From Octopus sinensis (Eukaryota), in contig NC_043010.1 in assembly GCF_006345805.1 (NCBI RefSeq), positions 17,422,001 through 17,486,000 on the forward strand: a DNA stretch of 64,000 bases, written 5' to 3'. The notes under the pieces were generated by a model. The model ran no database searches. It was given only the letters and a program-made list of their open reading frames with translations, and was not told where the DNA came from. Of the stretch, positions 58,401 through 64,000 are shown one piece after another. How positions within the stretch are numbered: position 1 is the stretch's first letter; the number at the start of each line of letters is the position of its first letter. The translations under genes were made by a program, and so were the position numbers.

Positions 58401-58782
58401 ATTCTTATTTGAAAATATTTCTTTCAGGTACAGGTACTAATGCTTGTTATATTGAGAGACTGGAAAATGTTGACATTTGGAATGAAGATAAAAATGAACC
58501 AAAACAAGTGAGCGCCTTTAGCTTTCTCTTCATCTTTATTTAGCATCACTATTGTCTTGTTCTTTTCTTCGTGTCTTTAGTTTTTTTTATTTATTTCTGG
58601 CCGTAGACTGTGGCCATGCTGGAGCACCACCTCAAAGAATTTTAGTTGAAGGAAGCAACTTCAAGCCTGGTACTTATTCTGTCAGTCTCTTTTGCTGAAC
58701 CACTAAGTCACAGTGATGAAAACATTCCAACAACTGTTACCAAGTAATGATGAGGGGCAGACACACACACACACACACACAC

Positions 58783-58815
<33 letters not shown>

Positions 58816-59753
58816 GACAGGCTTCTTTCAGTTTCTGTCTACCAAATCCACTCACAAGGCTTTGGTTGGCTCAAGGCTATAGTAGAAGACACTTGCCCAA
58901 GGTGCCATGCAGTGGGACTGAACCACACAGCCACACCTGTGCCTATAAACTTTTCAGTAACCTCATAAATTCTTTTTCCATCCACCCACCTCCCTAAAAC
59001 ATTTCAATGGTTCTGATGATATTACTGACAATGTCTGTCTCAACAACGGTCAGCTGAAATAGATTTTCTTTTTTTTTTTTGTTAATCTCCCATATTTAGA
59101 TTTTTCTATGATTCAAACCTACTCAAGCTTCTTGAGAAAAATTAAGGCAGCGAGCTGACAGAAACGTTAGCACGCTGGGCGAAATGCATAGCCATATTTC
59201 GTCTGCTGTTACGTTCTGAGTTCAAATTCCGCCATGGTTGACTTTGCCTTTCATCCTTTCGGGGTCGATAAATTAAGTACCAGTTACGCACTCGGGTCGA
59301 AGTAATTGACTTAATCCGTTTGTCTGTCCTTGTTTGTCCTCTCTGTGTTTAGCCCCTTGTGGGTAGTTAAAAACAAAATATCTGAGAAAAATGAGAGAAA
59401 TGGAACCAAACAAAGTGCAGATTGAACTAGACTTCAGTTCTCTACGAGCTATGCCCCTCTTGTGACCTTGTAACACTACCTCCTCCTCCTCCTTCCTGCA
59501 GTGGTTTGACTTTTGTATTCTGCTCTCGTCTCATGCCTGGTGGTGTTGATACTTCCAAGTGATTCTGATGGTTCCAAATCCTCCAAAAGTTACATAATTT
59601 TTTTGTTTCGTTTTCTTCTGCAAAAAGGTTATAATTAACACAGAATGGGGTGCATTTGGAGACGATGGCTGTTTGGACAAGATTCTAACAGATTACGACA
59701 GGCAGGTTGACAAGCATTCCATCAACCCAGGAAAGCAACGGTATGTATGTGTG

Positions 59754-59795
<42 letters not shown>

Positions 59796-62700
59796 TATAT
59801 ATATATACATATATATGTTTTTTTTTTATATATCTGTAATAGTTTAGCTTTTGTTTTTGTTTTCTGTCACGTTGTGTTAGTTCTGTGTAAAGTATTTGAA
59901 GATTTGTTGTTGTTGTGGTGGTGGTGGTGGTGGTATGTGTAATTAAACATGTCAAACAACATTTTGTCATGAAGAAATGTTGGTATTTAAAAACAATCCC
60001 TTTCCCCAACTGGGTGCAGGTCTTATTCTGTCTTTAAGAGGTTTGCTTCACAACCTTGTTATCCTAGGTTCAGTCCCACTGCATGGCCCCTAGGCAAGTA
60101 TCTTTTCTTATAGCCTTAGGCAGACCAAAGCCTTGTGAGTGGAATTTAAAAAAAGGAAACTGAAGAGAAGCCTGTCCTGCATGGATCTTTCAATGATGCA
60201 GATTCAGTTGCTTGGTCAACTATGTTGCCTGCCCCTGAACTAATATCTAAGTGGCCCAATATTCCACAGACGCGTACCTTTATCTTAATTCTCAGACAGA
60301 CAATATTGTTGTTTGTTCCTTCTCAAGCCATGCCTGGTTCATAAGGGCCGGTTTCTTGGCGTAGAGGTTCCCCACCTGAACGGGACGCCGGTCCGTCGCA
60401 GGTGAGTTGCAAGATGTAGGGGGAAAGAGTGAGAGAAAGTTGTGGCGAAAGAGTCTGCAGAAGTTTCACCATTACCTTCTGCCGGAGCCACGTGGAGCTT
60501 AGGTGTTTCGCTTGTAAACACACACATCGCCCGGTCTGAGATTTGAACCCACAATCCCTCGACAGCGAGTCTGCTGCTCTAACCACTAGGCCATGTGCCT
60601 CCACAGGCAGACAATCAGCAAGGCACAGTGACAAATGTGACTCAGTGTGTGACAAAGGTACTGCCTTGTTACACAATGTATCACAAGGCCGTACTAGGAA
60701 GTTTAATTCCTGACATTGTCGTTCAAGGTTCAGTCCCACTGCATAGCAAGTATATTTGTATATGTATCAGTGTGTGTGTGTGTGTGTGTATTTACATCTC
60801 ACTTCACGCTTCAAACAGGTGCAGAATAAGAAAACCTCTACTTGAGAAACAGAATGGTTAGTGACAGGAATGGTATCTGACTTAAAAACAATGCCTCAAA
60901 ACTATTTGTTGGACCCATGCAAGAATGGTAAAACAATCATAAAGTTGCCATGGAAACCTGATCCCATTTTACAGAAAAGTACTGTTTGCACCTAAAATGC
61001 TCGCTGTGCCTAGTTTGCTTAGATTTCTTCTCTCTGTATGTGCACATGTGTGCATGTATATGTGCACACATCATTATCCTCATTCAATGTTCCTTTTCTA
61101 TGTTGGCATGGGTTGGATGGTTTGACAAAATCTAAGGCGGTGAGCTGGCAGAATCGTTAGCACGCCAGGCAAAATCCTTAGCAGTATTTCGTCTGTCGTT
61201 ATGTTCTGAGTTCAAATTCCACCGAGGTCAACGTTGCCTTTCATCCTTTCAGGGTCGATAAATTAAGTATTAGTTACGCACTGGGGTCAATGTAATCGAC
61301 TTAATCCGTTTGTCTGTCCTTGTTTCTTTCCTGTGTTTAGCCCCTTGCGGGTAGTAAAGAAATAGGTTTGATTGACAAAATCTGTTGTGCTGCATTGAGC
61401 TCCAGTCACCTGTTTTGGCTTGGTTTCTGTGGCTGGATGCCCTTCCTAGTGCCAACCCCTTTGCAGAGTGTGTGTTGGGTGCTTTTATTGTGCACTTGCA
61501 CTAGTGAGGTCACCAAGTAATGTGCAAGGCAGGAGATAAGTGGGAAGGGGTGTGTGTGAGTGATGGTGGGAGGGATGTTATGCCAGGTATTGAGGGGGAA
61601 AATATATGAGAGAGAGACACACAGGTGTCTTGCTACAGAGGGGATCCATGGTTACCCCATTTGTAAGGAACTGGAGAGAAGATAAAGATGGAGATAATTG
61701 GGATGCTTATAGTATAATATATTTTTTATTTTACTTTACAGATTTGAGAAGACAATATCTGGAATGTACATGGGGGAACTTGTCCGTCTTATACTTGAAA
61801 AGTTACGCAGACATAAACTGATTTTCAATGGTGTTGGCTCAGAAGAGTTATCGACTCGTGGACGGTTTTACACAAAATATGTTTCTGAAATTGAAAGGTA
61901 AACGTGAAAATATTTTCTAATGTAAAATCTATGGTGTTCAATAATTTCTTTTCTCCTTTCTTTTTTGTTGGTTTTGTTGTTTATTTTTATGTTAGCAAAG
62001 AGAAATTGATGGAAAATAGCTTTTTTAAAAAAAAGTCCAATTTGCAGCAGTTGAAATAATGGCCTGTAACTCCTGGAAAGATCACTTCAAAGGTGCTGCA
62101 TCATTATATATATGTATGTGCATGCATATATATTTTCTCAAACAAAAAAACCACAGCATCATGCCTATGCAATACATGGATAACTTTTTTAATTTAATTT
62201 TGTTTCAATTGCATACCCTGAGTTTATTACAACCCAACAGGCTTTCCACAATATCAGTGAATGTATTATTCACTATTTTCTATACATCAGAAGAGACATT
62301 TTATTTACGCAATGTGTCAAATGGATACTTATCGTTGACAAGGTCCAAAAAGGCTGAAACGTGTCTTACATTCTCGTGAGTCACTGGCTGAAATAGTGTT
62401 CACCTCACTCCCTTGTTTTAACACAACTTGTCTAGAGATTTCCTCTTGGATAAAAACCACAGCATCAGGGGTGTATATATGTTATGTATGAAACACAGAC
62501 GGTTACAGAGAGAAAGAAAGATCATTTTTGTCTGTAGTATAGTTTTGTGTTTTAAACCTTGAAACACATGCAAATTTTAAGAATCATTAAAATAGTATTT
62601 TTTTTATCCATTTACTTAACGGTTTCATTACATTCCAAAATGATTCTTTTCTTTGAATTACCATTTTCTTCTATATATTTAACGTTTTTTTTTTTTTTTC

Positions 62701-62849
62701 GTCTTGCAGTGATATTGATGATAGCTTCAAAAATACTAAACAGGTCTTTCAGGATCTTAACTTAACAAACTTTATGGTGGAAGATTGTCGTATCGCTCAG
62801 TATGTCTGCTCAACTATTTCCACACGAGCTGCCTATTTATCTGCCGCAG
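3692..62849 (+). CDS. HK: Hexokinase gene, multi-exon, probably the single-domain ~50 kDa type; 3' end outside the window
   Basis: Exons 37147-37309, 50381-50520, 51797-52012, 56780-56879, 58428-58507, 59628-59740, 61742-61897 and 62710-62849 join in frame via GT-AG. They give the hexokinase motifs [56 protein letters not shown] and ISGMYMGE. The 5' boundary depends on the tentative first exon. Confidence 0.93.
4741..5075. repeat. Compound (TA)n/(TG)n microsatellite with a higher-order repeated unit (tatatttgtctgtgcatatgtgtctgtttatatat)
   Basis: Seen directly; further TA/CA arrays lie at 3925-3965 and 4265-4350. Confidence 0.9.
12120..12527. mobile_element. MITE with ~28 bp TIRs and 8 bp TSD (Merlin-like termini)
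   Basis: Left end GGATCTTTCGGTTTGGACGGCAGTTTTT, right end AAAAACTGCCGTTCAACCCGAAAAGATCC; direct repeat GAAAGCCG at 12112-12119 and 12528-12535. Confidence 0.85.
13287..13690 (+). mobile_element. tRNA-derived SINE family A, copy with duplicated body
   Basis: B-box-like gagttcaaattcc and core gcctttcatcctttcggggtcgataaattaagtaccag each occur twice in tandem. Confidence 0.85.
13880..14620 (+). mobile_element. Degenerate 3' fragment of a CRE-like non-LTR retrotransposon (zinc knuckle plus restriction-like endonuclease)
   Basis: GC-rich island. Frameshifted peptides [69 protein letters not shown] and [12 protein letters not shown] resemble the WDAT.PDT / A..AE..K..KY / IQRGNA motifs of the RLE. 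Confidence 0.75.
16147..16560 (+). mobile_element. Two adjacent family A SINE copies, each preceded by AT-rich/(TTA)n sequence
   Basis: ttctgagttcaaattccgc and gatgtaatcgact motifs each occur twice. Confidence 0.8.
17200..17315. repeat. Near-perfect inverted repeat (53 bp stem, one bulge, 9 nt loop)
   Basis: 17200-17253 is the reverse complement of 17263-17315 apart from one extra A. Confidence 0.95.
18660..19019 (-). mobile_element. Non-autonomous Helitron
   Basis: On the minus strand it starts A|TCTATATATATAAAG and ends with the hairpin CCCGAGCAACGCCGGG then CTAG|T; no TSD. Confidence 0.8.
20476..20672 (-). mobile_element. Family A SINE (degenerate)
   Basis: ctggtactta...cgaaaggatgaagggtaaagtcgacctcagcagaatttgaactcagaa. 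Confidence 0.75.
21647..21807 (+). repeat. 161 bp dispersed direct repeat, copy 1 (copy 2 at 26235-26395)
   Basis: tgtaatatttcctaattaat...ggtggacataaacactcttttagccct is nearly identical at both sites. Confidence 0.9.
22331..22867 (+). mobile_element. 5'-truncated RTE-clade LINE 3' end with internal ~100 bp tandem duplication
   Basis: [18 protein letters not shown]...[11 protein letters not shown]...[11 protein letters not shown]; (CAAGT)n tail; TSD GTGGATAAGGG at 22282-22292 and 22868-22878. Confidence 0.88.
23089..23308. mobile_element. piggyBac-type MITE
   Basis: TTAA|CCCTTTCATTAC ... GTATGAAAAGGG|TTAA. Confidence 0.8.
23628..24000 (+). mobile_element. Family B CORE-type SINE
   Basis: tggctgtgtggtaagaagcttgc...gagttcagtcccac...ccaaagccttgtgagtg...ggtgctccagcatggcc. 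Confidence 0.85.
24903..25303 (-). mobile_element. Family A SINE, copy with duplicated body
   Basis: Reverse complement of the arrangement at 13287-13690. Confidence 0.85.
26929..27092 (-). mobile_element. Partial copy of the Helitron family at 18660
   Basis: tagcagtatcgcctggtgttgctcgggtttgtttcgaccctttagaatt... matches 18661 onward. Confidence 0.75.
28050..28480 (+). mobile_element. Old RTE-like reverse transcriptase fragment (duplicated at ~29997-30425)
   Basis: Degenerate peptides FIIFMTW...[18 protein letters not shown]...EKFKYL. Confidence 0.6.
28850..29440 (-). mobile_element. Old RTE-like reverse transcriptase fragment (duplicated at ~30830-31430)
   Basis: [27 protein letters not shown] resembles D.IF.LRQL.EK..E....L...FVD..KAFD. 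Confidence 0.7.
31455..31985 (-). mobile_element. CR1/L2-group LINE 3' end
   Basis: [16 protein letters not shown]...HGHIYKV...[17 protein letters not shown], followed by a 3' UTR and a (TTA)n-like tail; truncated copy at ~29465-29731. Confidence 0.85.
34820..35150 (+). mobile_element. Older CR1/L2-group LINE 3' fragment
   Basis: [13 protein letters not shown]...GHTYKI...[13 protein letters not shown], homologous to the 31615-31941 ORF. Confidence 0.75.
35723..35990 (+). mobile_element. tRNA-derived SINE with CORE/V-like motif
   Basis: A-box-like tggcttaatggttaag; ccttgagcaagacacttta...ccagtccactcagctg. Confidence 0.6.
37147..37309 (+). CDS. HK: Hexokinase exon (IETIVRPF...[15 protein letters not shown])
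   Basis: tttcag acceptor, GTAATA donor, 163 bp, phase 0 to 1; contains the VKMxPTYV motif. Confidence 0.95.
37575..37808 (-). mobile_element. Family A SINE
   Basis: Full-length match to the family on the minus strand. Confidence 0.85.
38468..38670 (-). mobile_element. Family A SINE
   Basis: Match to the family on the minus strand, with an internal deletion. Confidence 0.85.
39113..39490 (+). mobile_element. Family C non-autonomous retroelement with (GAT)n tail
   Basis: agggcatccagctgtagaaac...ccaacccatgctagcatggaaaacggacattaaacgatgatgat. Same orientation at ~52880-53210, 53935-54105 and 56160-56530. Confidence 0.75.
41047..41385 (+). mobile_element. Family B CORE-type SINE, well-preserved copy
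   Basis: A box tggctgtgtggtaag, B box gggttcagtccc, CORE-like caccttgggcaa, internal (TG)n and an A-rich end. Confidence 0.88.
41787..42335 (+). mobile_element. CR1 LINE 3' end (RT C-terminus and 3' UTR)
   Basis: [53 protein letters not shown]; AATAAA and (TTGAA)n tail. Confidence 0.9.
43288..43515. mobile_element. Degenerate TTAA-type MITE (related copies at ~19585 and ~47722)
   Basis: ttaacccattagc ... gctaaagtgattaa ends and shared internal sequence. Confidence 0.55.
44505..44845 (+). mobile_element. Family B CORE-type SINE
   Basis: Close match to 41047-41385. Confidence 0.88.
45543..46105 (-). mobile_element. Family C element, with internal sub-repeats
   Basis: (CAT)n...tttaacgtccgctttccatgctggcatgggttgg...ctggatgcccttcctaac; similar copies at 26585-26855, 39712-39880 and 43595-43910. 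Confidence 0.75.
47045..47570 (-). mobile_element. Family C element
   Basis: Reverse complement of 39113-39490 with additional 5' sequence. Confidence 0.78.
48292..48510 (+). mobile_element. Family A SINE
   Basis: aggcagtgagttggcagaaacattagcaca...gttctgagttcaaattcc...aaattaagtacc. Confidence 0.85.
49055..49352 (+). mobile_element. RTE/RTEX-like LINE 3' end
   Basis: [24 protein letters not shown]...LLLWKP...AMMDHEVWR, followed by a (TGA)n tail. Confidence 0.82.
50381..50520 (+). CDS. HK: Hexokinase exon with phosphate-1 motif ([22 protein letters not shown]...GTGTE)
   Basis: tttgtag acceptor, GTAAGT donor, 140 bp, phase 1 to 0. Confidence 0.97.
51797..52012 (+). CDS. HK: Hexokinase exon with sugar-binding signature (LFDHIADC...[11 protein letters not shown]...[12 protein letters not shown]...KRKG)
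   Basis: gtttag acceptor, GTAAGT donor, 216 bp, phase 0 to 0. Confidence 0.97.
52086..52270. mobile_element. piggyBac-type MITE related (inverted) to 23089-23308
   Basis: ttaatccttttgatac ... gtaacaaaaggg ends. Confidence 0.6.
52488..52858 (-). mobile_element. Non-autonomous Helitron, second subfamily
   Basis: a|CTAGCAGTATCGCCCGGCGTTGTTCGGG end shared with 18660; other end ...ttttatatgtaaaGA|t; internal tandem subrepeat. Confidence 0.78.
54555..55079. mobile_element. Foldback/MITE-like palindrome with a family C element nested in its right arm
   Basis: caattcaagacattccactaataa (54555-54578) pairs with 55056-55079; 54577-54655 pairs imperfectly with ~54660-54740; insert at ~54741-55055. Confidence 0.8.
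56780..56879 (+). CDS. HK: Hexokinase exon with catalytic Asp ([33 protein letters not shown])
   Basis: ttttag acceptor, GTAGGT donor, 100 bp, phase 0 to 1. Confidence 0.97.
57956..58089 (+). pseudogene. Displaced (out-of-order) hexokinase C-terminal exon or pseudo-exon
   Basis: Reads (G)[44 protein letters not shown] followed by GTAAGT. This is the adenosine-motif segment that should follow the exon ending at 62849. It is preceded by TG, not AG. Confidence 0.8.
58428..58507 (+). CDS. HK: Hexokinase exon with phosphate-2 motif ([27 protein letters not shown])
   Basis: ctttcag acceptor, GTGAGC donor, 80 bp, phase 1 to 0. Confidence 0.97.
58600..58940 (-). mobile_element. Family B CORE-type SINE
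   Basis: tggccatgctggagcaccac...ccaaatccactcacaaggctttgg...acttgcccaaggtgcc. Confidence 0.85.
59145..59368 (+). mobile_element. Family A SINE
   Basis: Full-length, well-preserved family match. Confidence 0.88.
59628..59740 (+). CDS. HK: Hexokinase exon ([38 protein letters not shown])
   Basis: Pyrimidine tract then caaaaAG acceptor, GTATGT donor, 113 bp, phase 0 to 2. Confidence 0.96.
60310..60604 (-). mobile_element. tRNA-derived SINE family D
   Basis: Minus strand: GGAGGCACATGGCCTAGTGGTTAGAGC (A box)...GGGTTCAAATCTC (B box), then a GC-rich body. Confidence 0.75.
61135..61365 (+). mobile_element. Family A SINE nested in a family C element
   Basis: Family C sequence (catgggttggatgg ... 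ctggatgcccttcctag) flanks it, with ttgacaaaatct on both sides. Confidence 0.85.
61742..61897 (+). CDS. HK: Hexokinase exon ([18 protein letters not shown]...[11 protein letters not shown])
   Basis: tttacag acceptor, GTAAAC donor, 156 bp, phase 2 to 2. Confidence 0.97.
62710..62849 (+). CDS. HK: Hexokinase exon ([13 protein letters not shown]...[16 protein letters not shown])
   Basis: T-rich tract then ttgcag acceptor, GTAAGC donor, 140 bp, phase 2 to 1. Confidence 0.96.
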
Positions 62850-63000
62850 GTAAGCGAAGGTTTCGTGAAATATTTTAACCTTTTTTTATGCAGCTTCTTT
62901 GATTGATGTTTTCAGATTAAGTGATTGTGTCTGTCCACAGCAGAGACCATAAGAACTACATCAGGACAATAGATTTGGTAACTGTTCTTGGATATCCATT

Positions 63001-63033
<33 letters not shown>

Positions 63034-63034
63034 T

Positions 63035-63116
<82 letters not shown>

Positions 63117-63120
<4 letters not shown>

Positions 63121-63433
63121 GAAGGTTTGAAAATGCAATTTTAAAGATGTTTATTTACTTGACCAGTTTCACTTTTTTTAGAAAAAGATTGTCAAAAGTA
63201 AAATGTAAATCTTTGTTGTTATAAGTACTGGTTGTCACAAAGGTATTAAAATACATATATACATTCTTTGATAATAATAAGAAAATGTTAAAAACAGTTT
63301 ACAAGGAAATATCTTGAGAAAATATTAAACAGAAATTTCTGTTACATTTTACTTCTGACAATCTTTTTCTAAAAAAAGTGAAACGTGTTAAGTGAATGAA
63401 CATCTTTAAAATTGCATTTTCAAACCTTCTTTC
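63117..63433. repeat. Long inverted repeat (92 bp arms, 133 bp spacer) embedded in (TA)n
   Basis: 63117-63208 pairs with 63342-63433 with about 6 mismatches; the ORF track shows the same peptide on both strands. Confidence 0.93.
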
Positions 63434-63619
63434 ATATATATATATATAAATAAATACATAAATACATACATATATTTCCAGCAGTTTTATTTTCAGGCGG
63501 GACTTTTCACTGCTTTCAATTTGTTTGTTTAGGCGATTTGAAACTTTTGTACGCCATCTCATAAAAATTTTTCACTCTCTGGGGATTTTGTTCTTGTGTA
63601 CAGTGGCCTTTCTCTCTGG

Positions 63620-63639
63620 GATACATACATATACATATA

Positions 63640-63711
<72 letters not shown>

Positions 63712-63778
63712 CATACACACACACACACACACATATGTGTGTGTACGTGTATGTATATATACGTATATACACATATAT
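63620..63778. repeat. (TA)n/(CA)n microsatellite
   Basis: Seen directly; similar arrays at 52367-52450, 59745-59815 and 63000-63116. Confidence 0.9.
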
Positions 63779-64000
63779 GGTGGATTCTACTGTCTTAGAC
63801 AAAAGGTGAGGATTCTGCTACTTCTTGCAGAACAACCTGCACAAATGGTTTGTTGATGCAATGTCGTGCTGTGCATTAGCTCAATCCCTCCATCAAATCG
63901 GCGTTACCTGTACAGGTGCACAATGAGTAATTAAGCTTGGTCTATCTTGCCGCTCTATATACACTTAATAACACAGCATCATTTCCAACGGACCTTTCAT

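Noticed and set aside
60530-60604. tRNA gene
   Set aside because: A and B boxes are present, but I could not fold a convincing cloverleaf and the sequence continues into a SINE-like body

Overview
AT-rich, microsatellite- and SINE-dense eukaryotic genomic DNA. The repeat families look like those of octopus/coleoid cephalopods (inference). The window holds most of one plus-strand, intron-rich hexokinase gene. Eight internal coding exons from 37147 to 62849 splice in frame through GT-AG junctions, a candidate first coding exon lies at 3692-3751, and the 3' end lies beyond the window. The most unusual feature is a hexokinase C-terminal exon (GTAALIHK...[23 protein letters not shown]) at 57956-58089. 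It sits out of order, four exons upstream of where it belongs, with an intact donor, a TG at its cognate acceptor position and an in-frame cryptic acceptor 48 nt upstream. The introns contain tRNA-derived SINEs, CR1/RTE/CRE-like LINE fragments, non-autonomous Helitrons, MITEs, several long hairpins and a ~1.97 kb tandem duplication. Most listed ORFs are spurious. Repeat boundaries are approximate and were read by eye.
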